A stretch of 63,097 nucleotides of DNA, counting the filler, from Folioceros fuciformis (lineage: Eukaryota), in the NCBI GenBank assembly GCA_049999805.1. It is 31 parts of 31 records of this genome, joined end to end, with 100 filler letters (N's around TTAATTAATTAA, not from the genome) between each part and the next. Parts side by side here need not be neighbours in the genome. Positions count along the whole stretch, not along the records: positions 32,726 to 34,720 come from JBNGIO010000066.1; positions 34,821 to 36,592 come from JBNGIO010000067.1; positions 36,693 to 38,782 come from JBNGIO010000068.1; positions 38,883 to 40,278 come from JBNGIO010000069.1; positions 40,379 to 42,257 come from JBNGIO010000070.1; positions 42,358 to 43,435 come from JBNGIO010000071.1; positions 43,536 to 45,355 come from JBNGIO010000072.1; 24 more parts are not named here. One strand, given 5' to 3'. The position numbers and the translations under genes were made by a program. Position 1 is the first letter of the stretch. Each line of letters begins with the position of its first letter. The notes beneath the pieces are model-generated. The model worked only from the letters and a program-made list of their open reading frames with translations, searched no databases and was not told where the DNA came from. Below, in pieces: positions 33,727 to 45,170 of the stretch.

Positions 33727-34305
33727 TCAAGGTTCGAGATAGGCGGTGAAGTCACCCTGGCCCAGCCCTCTCATGTGTAGGTAGTGGGCATGCTTGGGCA
33801 GGCCTTTGGTGAATATGTCCGTTGTGTTTGCGTCTGTGTTGGTGTAGCTAACCTTGATGATACCCCTGGACACCACATCGCGGATATAGTGGTGCTGTAT
33901 TTCTATGTGTTTGGTTCTAGCGTGGAAGGTCGGCCTTGCCACTAGCTCCAGGGCTGAAGTGTTGTCACATAGGATGGGAGTTGGGTCGGTCTGTGGGTGA
34001 CCAAGGTCTGAAACAAAAACCTCTGTCCCATTCTGCCTCTTTGGCTGCTTCCGTTAGTGATTTGTATTCAGCTTCAGTGGAGCTAAGGGCAATTGTGGCT
34101 TGTTTCTTGCTGCTCCAGGTGACAGCTGTAGATGCAAGCAAGGAGCAATAGGAGGAAATGCTGCGTCTGGAGTCAGAGTCGGATGCCCAGTCTGCGTCCG
34201 AGTAGCCAGATAAGTTGAGTTGCTGATCTCCGCTCCTCTGATACATAAGACCATAACGTGTTGTGCCCTTGACGTAGCGGAAGATCCGTTTTACTGCTGT
34301 CTAGT
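33727..34305 (-). pseudogene. Copia RT C-terminus / RNase H
   Basis: GYSDADWASDSDSRRS, WSSKKQATIALSSTEAEY, FHARTKHIEIQHHYIR and DIFTKGLP, with a frameshift. Confidence 0.93.
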
Positions 34306-34720
34306 TATGGAGGCAAAACCCTGGGCATTGATTGCCGACGGGTTCCACCTTTAGTGGCCACACTTATCCCACTGTCGTTGAGACATTGGGTTCCGTTCCC
34401 ACGAAGGAGCGATGGGGTTCCTTGCTGTTGTGGAAGGAGTGTCGGACTCAATCGACTCGATGACGGATTCGAGGGCTCCCCTCCAGCTCCGATCGGGCGT
34501 AGGACAGGCCTCACTGTCCAACGGTCAACTACACCTCTCTCGGTGCCCACAAACTCACTCCAGTCACTACAACGACCCTGACCTCTTAGATCTGGAACTT
34601 CCCTCACTCACTCACTCCCTCTCTCGGTCCAACACCAATACTAGCAACCAATAACGACACCACTACCTTTACAATCCTTTACAATCAAGAGCTAGGGGCA
34701 AGCCCCTTCACCCTGGTCAT
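34306..34720 (-). mobile_element. LTR-B inserted into Copia RT
   Basis: TATGGAGGCAAAACC... family B. Its distal part overlaps sequence at 42094 and 43239. Confidence 0.9.
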
Positions 34721-34820
34721 NNNNNNNNNNNNNNNNNNNNNNNNNNNNNNNNNNNNNNNNNNNNTTAATTAATTAANNNNNNNNNNNNNNNNNNNNNNNN
34801 NNNNNNNNNNNNNNNNNNNN

Positions 34821-36140
34821 AATGGCCATACCAAGTGTCTGGGGGTGGTTGGACGTCCTTGGCCTTTTGACGAGAGGGGGGTACCATGAGGTCTATATAT
34901 ACACCCTCCCCCCAAAAAAATAAGAAATAAGAAAGGGGCCTGGGAGTAGGTAGTTGTGGACTTAGGCTAGAAAACAGGGATGTTGTGACTCAGCGACGGT
35001 AGTGGAAGTTGAACTACCGTCGTGGAAGACCAACCGGCGGTAGTGCTACAAGCGGTAGTTGAAGCTCAATGACGATTGCCAAAGGGAGGAAGTCGAAGCT
35101 CAACAATAGTTGCCAAAGGGAGGTAGTTGAAGCTCAACGACGGTTGCCAAAGGGAGGTAGTCAAAGCTCAACGACGGTTGCCAAAGGGAGGTAGTCGAAG
35201 CTCAACGACGGTTGCCGAAGGGAGGTAGTCCAAGCTCAACGACGGTCGTGGAAGGACAATGCTGGTAGAGGGAAGCTCTACCCTCGTTGGGGAACAGCGA
35301 CGGTTGCGGAATCAACAACCCAAGGTTGCTGAAAACCCTACCTGCACCAGGAGGCATGGAATAGAAATAACTACAGCCAGAGTGGACTCCAACATCCTTG
35401 GAGGGCAGAGAGTGGACAGCCAGGATAGGTCAACCAGCAACGAGAGTGAGGTGGATATTTTATGGAAGGATTTGCCCAATCAGCAGCAAGGAGGGAGAGC
35501 TTGAAGGTTTTGTGGCAGGGGAAGGTGGGCCAAAAGAATAAATAGGAGAAGAGAGAGTGGCGCTAAGGTAAGCCAAGAGTGGTTGCATCTTAAAATAGTA
35601 TTTAGATAAGATTTGGCAAGATGCTATCTTGACCTGGTGCCGCCTGCCATTAAGAGCACCTTTTTAAAGTTGACTATTTTAGAACTAGACTTTATGACGG
35701 GCTGTGGCTCTTGCTCTTGGAAACTCTGTACAAAGGGGGCCTATTGGAGCCTCTATGATTAGCAAATGTTTGAGACTCCTCCCGGTTGAGATCCCCTACG
35801 CTGTCCATGGCTGGAATGGAGATGTTTGGGTGAGGCAGTGAGTGCAAGACGCTCCTAGGGGTGGTTGAGAATTTTTGCTCCACAGCTGAAAGTGAGGGGG
35901 ACGAATTTGCAAGTTGCGCAGAGTGGAAGGAGCACCTCCTTTCCTATTCCCTAAACAACTAGCTATGTTTTGCAGTGAGAGTGAGGGGGACGAATTCACC
36001 ACTGCTAGAGTGGAGGGAGAGCTTCTCCTTCCCTTATTCCCTAAATGATCGACTACATTTTAATCTAGAGTTGATAGAAGAGAGTGAGTTGAGGAGGAGG
36101 AGAAGGCTGAAGAGAGTGTGAGTTGAGGAAGAGGAAGTCT
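34821..36140. mobile_element. Long LTR-like repeat related to family E region
   Basis: 34821-34880 matches the reverse complement of 50063-50120, and 35890-36045 resembles the reverse complement of 62310-62700. Confidence 0.55.
35055..35247. repeat. 34-bp tandem repeat, ~5.7 copies
   Basis: GTAGT(T/C)GAAGCTCAACGACGGTTGCCAAAGGGAG. Confidence 0.92.
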
Positions 36141-36592
36141 TATGAACCTCCAAAGTTTCGGGTAGTAGTTTGTTTTGGTTGAAAAAGGGTTAATAGTGGT
36201 ATGGTTTGGTTTTCTTTTTCCACTTATATTCTCTAATTTTCCTTTATTTTCTGGTCATTTTTTCTATTTTTCTTTGTGCTAATTAGGTTAATTGACCAGG
36301 AAATAGTTGGTTTGGTCATAAGAGTGGGTATAGGTTTGGTCCCAGACCTGGGAAGGTTTAGGTTCGGTACCAGGGCATAGGGTTGGGAAAGTTTGAGTCT
36401 AGGTCTGGCGATTAGTTTAATATTAATTAAAGATATATATGATTAAATAATATTAAATAATATTAAATAATAAAATAAGGGTTTGAACATAGGAACGGGT
36501 ATCTGGGTATGTCAATGTCAGGGGTTAGGGTCTGACATAGGCTGTCTGATTGCTTGGCTGGCATGAACGGCCATGGAGGCCATGCCCTAGCT
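36141..36592. mobile_element. LTR family C (opposite orientation)
   Basis: TATGAACCTCCAAAGTTTCGGG... is the reverse complement of 51408-51823. Confidence 0.88.
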
Positions 36593-36692
36593 NNNNNNNN
36601 NNNNNNNNNNNNNNNNNNNNNNNNNNNNNNNNNNNNTTAATTAATTAANNNNNNNNNNNNNNNNNNNNNNNNNNNNNNNNNNNNNNNNNNNN

Positions 36693-36780
36693 AATAAGTA
36701 GAAAAAGAAAACCAAACCATACCACTATTAACCCTTTTTCAACCAAAACAAACTACTACCCCAAACTTTGGAGGTTCACA
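36693..36780. mobile_element. LTR-C terminus inserted in Copia pol
   Basis: Ends GGAGGTTCACA. Confidence 0.88.
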
Positions 36781-38385
36781 ATACTACAGAACCACAGTCT
36801 TGTGTTGAGGCTTTACACAAACCTGATCATAAGGAGTGGGAGAAAGCCATACAGTCAAAATACAATTCATTGATGGAGAATGGCACATGGGAGTTAGCTA
36901 AGTTACCTCCTGGCAGAAAGATGGTTTCATGCAAATAGGTGTTTAAACTCAAAGTTAAAGCAAATGGCTCATTCAACAGATACAAGGCTAGAGTTGTAGC
37001 AAGAGGTTTTTCACAAGTTCTAGGTGTGGATTACATGGAGACTTATGCTCCTGTGGTGAAGCTACCAAACTTGTGAGCTAGTTGTGCAATATCAACGTAT
37101 AAGGATTACGAGTTGCAGATGTTTAACGTCAAGACAGAATTTCTTAATAGCAAGCTTGATATAGAAATTTATATGCAATAGCCTCCTGGCTACAAAGTAA
37201 AGGGCAAGGAGGATTACGTTTGTAAGTTGAACAAAACCTTATATGGCTTGAAGCAATTAGCAATGGCTTGGAACGCAATGTTTGTTTGCTGAACTTTTAG
37301 CCTTTGGGTTTACAAAGAGCCAAGTTGATGAAAGGCTTTTACATCTACAACAAAAACGACGTAGTTTGTTACCTGGCAGAGTACGTGGATGATTTAATAT
37401 TGTCCAGCAACAATCAAGCTTTCATCACAAAGGTTACGGACCTGCTAGCCACAAAATTCCAAATGTCGAATCTTGGTCCTCTCCAAAGTTGCCTTGGCAT
37501 ACATGTGCAGTGCAACAGAAAGAAGAGGGTTGTGACCTTAACACCACCAAGATACCTACTAGCTAGTGCAGAGCAGTTAGGTCTGAAAGATGCAAAACTG
37601 GCTGCAACACCTTTACTTGCCGATCTAAAGTTGAGCAAGGAAATGTCACCTCAAACATATGTCGAAAAGGGCAAAATGTCTCTAGTTCCTTACAGACATG
37701 CTGTTGGTAAACTTATATGTGTTGCCAACACTACCCGCCTCGAAGTAGCCTTTGCAACAAGCTCACTTTTGCAGTTCCTAGAAAATCGAGGCCAAGAGCA
37801 TTGGACATGTGCTAAGAGAGTGTTTAGGTACTTGAAAGGAACTCCTAATAAAGGCATAAAGTACTGTTACACACCTAGTCAACAGCTTGAGCTTGATGTT
37901 TTGTACGGATTTCGACTATGCTTCCACAATGACAACAGAAAGTCAGTTTCTGGATATGTCGTCAGCATCGCTGATGGACCAATCTGCTGGATGAGCAAGA
38001 AACAGCCTACAGTGGCACTTTCGAGTACAAAAGCTGAGTACAAAGTGCTCACTGTAGCAGCAAAGGAAGTAATCTGGTGAACTCTGATGTTTCATGAGAT
38101 GGGCATAGTTTTACCAAACTGTACGGTGGTTCGCACGGACAATCAAGGTTTTATGCTGTTGGCATAGAATCCCGTTTTTCATGCCAGAACGAAACATATG
38201 GAGGTGGAGTACCACTTCATCCGTCATCTCATCAAAGCAGGAAAGATTAGTCTTGAGTATATATCAACATAGGAAAATCTAGCGGATATCCTAGCTAAAT
38301 CTCTAGGAAACGCTACACAAGAGACATTTAAAAGTCTTGGCCTAGGACACTCCTTTGAGTTCCTAGGTACAGAAACGAAAGACTA
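36781..38385 (+). pseudogene. Decayed Copia reverse transcriptase and RNase H
   Basis: NGTWELAKLPPGRK, RYKARVVARGFSQ, LYGLKQ, EYVDDLIL, WMSKKQPTVALSSTKAEY and NPVFHARTKHMEVEYHFIR, with multiple stops. Confidence 0.94.
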
Positions 38386-38420
38386 AAAACAAACAGCAGC
38401 AGGTTCTAACTGCAACTACT

Positions 38421-38652
38421 GAAAGAGGAATTGTCATATGAAGTATAGTCATTGAAAACTGAAGTAAGAAGTTTCTTGTGGTTGATGATTAGGGGTAAAT
38501 CCTAATAAAGTTGCTAAGATAAGTGAGGAGATATATATACCCCATATTGTGTAGGGAACATGAGTTCCCATATAGGCCCTGTAGAGGAAAAAAATATTTG
38601 CGAACTCCTTTTTGAGTAACAGATTGAGTGGACTTTGATTTTTTTTGTAACA
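38421..38652 (+). mobile_element. Probable PPT and 3' LTR of the above Copia
   Basis: GAAAGAGGAA T TGTCA... The right end (GTAACA, 38652) is tentative. Confidence 0.45.
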
Positions 38653-38882
38653 TGGTGAAGAAAGTGGCTTAGGTTGAGAATAAGACAAGGATATTTATAC
38701 CCAAGATCTCCTTGGACTAGGAGTCCGAGGTAGCTGGGTAGTCCTTGGCCTTTGGTAGTGGAGGGGTCACTAGGGACTATATNNNNNNNNNNNNNNNNNN
38801 NNNNNNNNNNNNNNNNNNNNNNNNNNTTAATTAATTAANNNNNNNNNNNNNNNNNNNNNNNNNNNNNNNNNNNNNNNNNNNN

Positions 38883-39016
38883 CTCCGTCCACAGCAGCAA
38901 GGAACCCCATCGCTCCTTCGTGGGAACGAAACCCAATGTCTCAACGACAGTGGGATAAGTGTGGCCACTAAAGGTGGAACCCATTGGCAATCAGTGCCCG
39001 GGGTTTTGCCTCCACA
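38883..39016 (+). mobile_element. LTR-B terminus
   Basis: Family B match ending CCTCCACA. Confidence 0.9.
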
Positions 39017-40278
39017 AGTCATTAGACTAACCCAAAAGAAGAGCATGCCGCCACCCACGATCCTACCAGACACCATGCAAGCATGGTCGGCACTCACTCC
39101 AGCCCTACGAGGAAATGAGAATGACAAATCATAGGGACACGACACGGAGAGCACGAACAAAAATTAGAGGGACCCCGCCCTTAACCTTGGCCACCACTTC
39201 TCAAAGCTTTACCATACGCTGCACACAGGCACAGCCGGCACACACTGTTGTATCCAACCAGGGACAGCTTGAGAGAGATCACAAAGAGACAACCTGCCTC
39301 CTACAGGCTCAATCGATCTTATAAGAACCTCTCTCTCTCTCTCTTACCTCACCTCTCTCTAGCTTGACAATTATTATTTTAATAAGACCACTAGCCTAGC
39401 CGGCTATCACCAGCCACTTATTTAGACTTTCCTAGCACATCCTGCTGCCAATATTGATGAGTTAGCCCGACAACCAACTGACCCTACCACCACAAGTATC
39501 CACCACCTCTTCAATTATCCTGAGACCTTGAAGGATGCTTGATCTTCAAAGATCTTGTGAACGCCTCTTCATTGTTGGATGGCTGGCCTCAAAGCCTTCC
39601 CTTCCAACTGTTCCCCTTGGTGAGTAAGCCTATCTCCATGGGAGGAGTATGAGCAATGGAAGAAGAAACGGAAGAGGTGAGAAGAATGATTAGCAACAGA
39701 AACTGGGCCTGAAATCAGTAGCTTATTTAGCAAAATCGGCTTCCAGCCGAAATGGTTCGTCGGCCATGGAAAATTGACTTCGGGGTGCTAGGACAGGTCC
39801 CGGACTGTCAGGGGAAAAAATAGGTGAGAAAGAGTTGAGTTGGAATTTTTGGAATTAAATCCAGAAAAATAAGAAGGAAAATAGAAATGAAAATTTAGAA
39901 AAAAAAAGAAAAAAAAAACAGGAATACAAATACCATATATGTATCAATTTTAAATACAAGAGGGAGGGTGTGCGCGCATGTGTGTACGTATATGGACCTT
40001 AAAGCATTGGATACAGGTAAGGGAGGGAGGGAAGCGGGATGACGAAGGGGCGGGGAGGGCATACAGGAGAGGGGGCCATCTGTAAATTCTCGAGTGGCAG
40101 CGGAAAACTTGCTTGAGCTCTTGTGACTTGATTAATTAATAATGACATGCAAAAATGTTTAAATAAAATATCTTTGTGTCCTTTCGTGTACAACCCTAGC
40201 TCATATGACCACTATACGTGTGGCGTTATGTTTAGGTTTAATTAGGAGATATATTTATCGTAACACCCCCCCCCCCTT
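39017..40278 (-). mobile_element. B-related long LTR with PPT (40266-40278)
   Basis: 39290-39890 is homologous to the reverse complement of 42400-42965. The minus strand starts AA-G11-TGTTACG. Confidence 0.65.
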
Positions 40279-40378
40279 NNNNNNNNNNNNNNNNNNNNNN
40301 NNNNNNNNNNNNNNNNNNNNNNTTAATTAATTAANNNNNNNNNNNNNNNNNNNNNNNNNNNNNNNNNNNNNNNNNNNN

Positions 40379-40521
40379 AGTCCCACCCTCCATCCACAGC
40401 AGCAAGGAACCCCATCGCTCCTTCGTGGGAACGAAACCCAATGTCTCAACGACAGTGGGATAAGTGTGGCCACTAAAGGTGGAACCCGTCGGCAATCAGT
40501 GCCCAGGGTTTTGCCTCCACA
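40379..40521 (+). mobile_element. LTR-B terminus
   Basis: Family B match ending CCTCCACA. Confidence 0.9.
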
Positions 40522-40694
40522 ACCCGCCCATGACCGGCCTGCACCCGCCCATGACCAGCCTGCACCCGCCCATGACCGGCCTGCACCCGCCCATGATCGG
40601 CTTGCACCCGCCCATGACCGGCCTGCACCCGCCCATGACCTGCCTGCACCCGCCCATGACGTGCCTGCACCCGCCCATGACCTGCCTGCACCCG
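40522..40694. repeat. 21-bp minisatellite, ~8 copies
   Basis: ACCCGCCCATGACCGGCCTGC. Confidence 0.93.
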
Positions 40695-41459
40695 AACAGT
40701 AACCCTACCTAAGAGGAACCCTAAGAAGAGAAGAGAATGAGAAGAGCCACTGACCAATCGACCATGTGACGAATATTAAGTAGTAACTTTATGTTTCAGT
40801 TTAGACATAATAAACAGTTGATTGCTTGTCAGTTGCCATAAGAAAAACAAGAATTTCATTTAAGGCTTGTCAACGTTAAGTGCATGCCAAGCAACATACC
40901 CCAAGAAATTTTAAGCGAGCCGTGATATCACGGTCTCTCTTTCTGATCAGGCAGTCGGGTCAGTTGGTATCTTGAAGGCCGAAACGGCAACGCGGTCCTC
41001 GATGTGACTAGACGAGGAATTGCCGTCAAGTAAAAGTCTAAATATGTGCCTCGCAATGCCTGAATTGTGATTGGGATTGCTAGTTTTACCTGCTTCCTGT
41101 GAACTGCCAAGCTCTTGTGCCTTGATACTCCTCGGCATACTGGCTACCAATGTGCTTTCACCCGCACTGTACAGCATCATATACATACGGCAGTATTGGT
41201 AAGGAGAAGGAGTTGAGGAGACCCTGCAAAGCACGTGTACAACGTCCTCACCATGAAGAGTGTGCAGGGGTGTAGCGAAAACATGCTAGGCTTGCTACAA
41301 AGTTGTGAAGTACCTAGTCCCACAGAGCGAAATGCCCTCAAGAGCACGATCATCCAATTCTTCTTCTTCGTCTTCTTGTTAGGGGAACAATGGTACTTGC
41401 CACCAAGAAGAATCCGCACACCACTAGGAATCCGCCTGGCACTGGCTACACTCGCTTCT

Positions 41460-41715
41460 TCATTTTTCTCCTGGTCGATCCTTACAACTGCAACAACCAT
41501 TTGCGAATCGATGCACACGGTACCCATCCCTCACAACAATGTCTCTCTGCTCAAGCCTCAACATGATCGCCGTGGAGCTGTGGCAATCACTGCACATGCG
41601 TAGATTCTTGGCTACCATCAGAGGTGTCCCATTCGGAGTGTTCAACAGACCAAACGCCAAAGCTAGCTTCTCAGCATGCCCACAAAGCACGTCTTCCTTT
41701 TCCTTCTCACTTAGT
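41460..41715 (-). pseudogene. C-terminal half of a PPR-DYW deaminase domain, DYW:KP-like; 5' part replaced by LTR sequence
   Basis: SEKEKEDVLCGHAEKLALAFGLLNTPNGTPLMVAKNLRMCSDCH...DIVVRDGYRVHRFANGCCSCKDRP(GEK*). It has HAE instead of HSE and a DRP-type end instead of DYW. Confidence 0.88.
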
Positions 41716-42076
41716 TTAATTAGGCTAATGTAATTAGTCTAAGATTAGTGTCTAATTAAGTATCATTAGTTTAGATTAGCTTAAGCTAATTTTTAGGAAG
41801 CTTCCTGCATAGCTTCCTGTGAGCTTCTTGTGAAGCTTCCTGTGAGCTTCTTGTGAAGCTTCGTGTGATCTTCTTGTGAAGCTTCCTTAGGAGCTTTTCT
41901 AGAGGGTATAAATACCCTCTTGAGCTCCCTTTTCAAGGGAGATGAGAGAGATGGGAGAGATGGGAGAGAGCTGTGAGAGACATTGTGACCTCTCTTTCTC
42001 CTCTTCTCCTCTCTTCCTCTCCTCTCCTCTCCTCTCCTCTTCTCCTTCATCATGCGGCTCCCTTTCTGATCCTTCA
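41716..42076 (+). mobile_element. 5'-truncated LTR family A
   Basis: TTAGTCTAAGATTAGTGTC...GATCCTTCA. It lacks the first ~25 nt of the LTR and carries internal duplications. Confidence 0.85.
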
Positions 42077-42257
42077 AGGATCACAAGGTGTAATGACCAG
42101 GGTGAAGGGGTTTGCCCCTAGCTCTTGATTGTGAAGGATGTGTCTTTCTCTCGACCTGTCCACTCTTGTTCCCTGTTTGGACAAGTGCTGTAGGCCGGTC
42201 ATGTTTCATGGCGTCTGGTAAGGTTGTGGGGAGGAGATATCCGAGGGGGTGTGGGGG
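42077..42257 (+). mobile_element. B-related LTR interior
   Basis: Near-identical to 43222-43400. Confidence 0.8.
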
Positions 42258-42357
42258 NNNNNNNNNNNNNNNNNNNNNNNNNNNNNNNNNNNNNNNNNNN
42301 NTTAATTAATTAANNNNNNNNNNNNNNNNNNNNNNNNNNNNNNNNNNNNNNNNNNNN

Positions 42358-43435
42358 CCCGTATTCCTTCTTTTTATTTTCCTAATTTCTCCTTTTCTAT
42401 TTTTACCCCTATTTTTTGGATTTAATTCCAGAAATTCCAATTCAACTCTGTTTCACCTAATTTCTTTTCCTCCTAGTTTGGGGCCTATTCCAGCACCTCG
42501 GGGTCAGTCTTTCATGGCCAAGGAACCATTTTGGCTGGAAGCTGATCCCGCTGAATAAGCTACCGTTTTCAGGCCAGGTTCCGGTTGCTGATTCGATTGC
42601 CTCCCACCTCCTCTCTATCTTTCTCGCTTCTCATACTCCTCCCCTGGAGGCTAGCTGAGCCACCAAGGGTGAACAGTTGCAGGGGAAGACTTAGCAGGCG
42701 GCCATCCAGCAAGGAAGAGACGGCGTCCGCATATCTTTGAAGATCAGACATCCTCCGAAGTCTCAGGATAGTCTAAGAGGTGGTAGATCCTTGTGGTGGT
42801 AGGGCCAGGAGCTCATTGGTGGTAGGATGTGCTAGAAGTCTAAATAAGTGGTTGGTGATAGCCGACTAGGCTAGTGGTCCCATTAAAATAATATTTCTCA
42901 AGTTAGAGAGAGGTGAAGTCAGAGAGAGAGAGAGGCTCCTATAAGATCAGGTGAGCCTATAGGAGGAGGGAGTCATTCACTTTGGGAGTCAGTCTATCTC
43001 TTCGTGAGCTCTTGGAGGTCCTCTCTTCATGAGCTCTTGTGGTCTATCCCTGCTTGGTTTAGGACTTGCAGTGTGTTGCGGGCTGTGCAACGTCTGGTAG
43101 GATCGCAAGCCGCGTGTTGCCGGCTGTACAGTGTCTGGTAGGATCGCAGGTAGCGTGTTGCCGGCTGTACAGTGTCCGGTAGGATCGCGGGCAGCGTGTT
43201 GCCGGTTGTATAGTGTCTGATAGGATCACAAGGTGTAATGACCAGGGTGAAGGGGCTTGCCCCTAGCTCTTGATTGTAAAGGATGTGTCTTTCTTTCGAC
43301 CTGTCCACTCTTGTTTCTTGCTTGGGCAAGTGGTGTAGGTCGGACATGTCTCATGGCATCCGGTAAGGTTGTGGGGAGGAGATATCCAAGAGGGGAGTGT
43401 GTTCCCTTCTTTCTTTTCTTTGGGGTTAGTCTAGT
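42358..43435 (+). mobile_element. B-related LTR interior with 41-bp tandem repeat (43071-43230)
   Basis: Homologous to 39017-39890, 42077-42257 and 34675-34720. Repeat unit GGCTGTACAGTGTCTGGTAGGATCGCAGGTAGCGTGTTGCC. Confidence 0.8.
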
Positions 43436-43535
43436 NNNNNNNNNNNNNNNNNNNNNNNNNNNNNNNNNNNNNNNNNNNNTTAATTAATTAANNNNNNNNN
43501 NNNNNNNNNNNNNNNNNNNNNNNNNNNNNNNNNNN

Positions 43536-43790
43536 GTGCCACAACTCGCCCTCACACGCCCGACTTAGGGTTCCACACACGCCGGCACCTCTCCACGGGC
43601 ACATCCCACCCGTACTTCGCATTTCCCACGGTCACGGGTTAGCTAGAACGCTGTCTCCTATCATCCTATCTTATCTAGCCCCCTTTCTAACATAGTTTCC
43701 TAATTATCTCTCCAAAGAATTCTATCAAAACTCCAAAAAAAACAAATACTACCCATTTTTAAGACACCTATCTACCATGTGGTCTCCACA
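43536..43790. mobile_element. LTR terminus, family H, inserted in Copia RT
   Basis: Ends CATGTGGTCTCCACA and abruptly interrupts ...KILRYLKGTRH. A similar end occurs at 48991. Confidence 0.7.
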
Positions 43791-44578
43791 ATGTCTGGTG
43801 CCTTTCAAATATCGTAGGATTTTTTTAACAGCGACCCAATGGCATTTTCCAGGGTTGGATAGGAAACATGAAACAATGCTTATTGCTTGTGAAATATCAG
43901 GCCTTGTCCAGCAAGCAAGATAAAGTAAACTGCCCATAACCTCTCGATAAGGTACAAATGCCATTTTTGCCTTATCTAAATCTATTACGGGGTAGTCCTC
44001 AAGTGATAGCTTCTCATCGGCTGCAACTGGGGTGGCTACTTGATTAATATCTTGCAGGCTGAATTTAGATAAAAGCTAACGAATTAAATGCTCTTGATGT
44101 AATGTGATAGATCCTATTGTAAGGTCGAAGAAAAACTGAATGCCTAATGCGAACGGAAAAGGGCCTGCATCTATCATATCCCACTCTTCGAAGAGCTGCT
44201 GCTTGACTTATGTAAGAATTTCATTGTCACTTGCAAAGATGAAATTATCATCAACGAAGAGGGCAATAATGCATAGCTAGCTGTTCTTGCACAAGATATA
44301 AACACTGCTATCAGCAGTAAGGGGCTCAAAACCTAAAACACAAAGCTTTGCGTCTGCTCTTCCATTCCAGATGCGTGCAGATTGTTTCAGCCCGTACAGC
44401 GACTTCAGAAGCTCACATACCAAGTCAAGATCTAATACATAACTCTCGGGCTGCTGCACGTAGATTTTTTCATCTAAAAGCCCATTTAGAAATGTTGTTT
44501 TTACGTCCATGTGATGGACGATAAGTATATGCTGAACAACGAAACATAATAGAATTCTCATTGATGTAGGCTTGACTA
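43791..44578 (-). pseudogene. Decayed Copia reverse transcriptase
   Basis: HMDVKTTFLNGLLDEKIYVQQP, SLYGLKQSARIWN, LFVDD, PYREVMGSLLYLACWTRPDIS and HWVAVKKILRYLKGT. Confidence 0.94.
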
Positions 44579-44919
44579 TGTAGGGTTATTAAAGCCCAAT
44601 GTGCTTAAGCTAATGTGTTTAGTCTAAGATTAGTGTCTAGTTAATGTGCTTAGACTAATGTGTTTAGTCTAAGATTAGTGTCTAGTTAAGTATCATTATT
44701 TTAGATTAGCTTAAGCTAATCTGTAGGAAGCCTCTTGCGCAGCTTCCTGTGAGCTTCTTGTGAAGCTTCCTAGGGAGCTCTTCTAGAGGGTATAAATACC
44801 CCCTTGAGCTCCCTTGCCAACTACTCTCAATGTGACCTCTTTTTCTCCTCTCCTCTCTGCCTCCTCTTCTCCTCTCCTCTACCATGCTCCTCTAGTGATC
44901 CTACAAGTGGTATCAGAGC
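44579..44919 (+). mobile_element. 5' LTR family A (44579-44905) and PBS (44908-44919)
   Basis: TGTAGG...CCTACA AG TGGTATCAGAGC, with an internal ~45-bp tandem duplication. Confidence 0.93.
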
Positions 44920-44959
44920 AGGTTGTGGAGCAAGACCATGAAGATGGCCATCTAGGAGG

Positions 44960-45170
44960 GGGAGGGGCGCCACGCAAGCGCCACCTCGACGCCATGCAGG
45001 CGCCACCTAGGCGCCATGTAAGAGCCACTTGGGCGCCACATCAGTGCCATACGGGCGCCACCTAGGCGCCATGTGAGCACCGGCGGGTGCCACATCAGCG
45101 TCGCTTGGGCACCACCTTGTTGCCACGCAGGCGCCACTTGGGCGCCACGCGGGCACCACGTGGGTGCCCG
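44960..45170. repeat. GGCGCCA-rich repeat in the LTR-A leader
   Basis: About 10 GGCGCCA(C/T)/GGCACCA variants. Confidence 0.7.
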
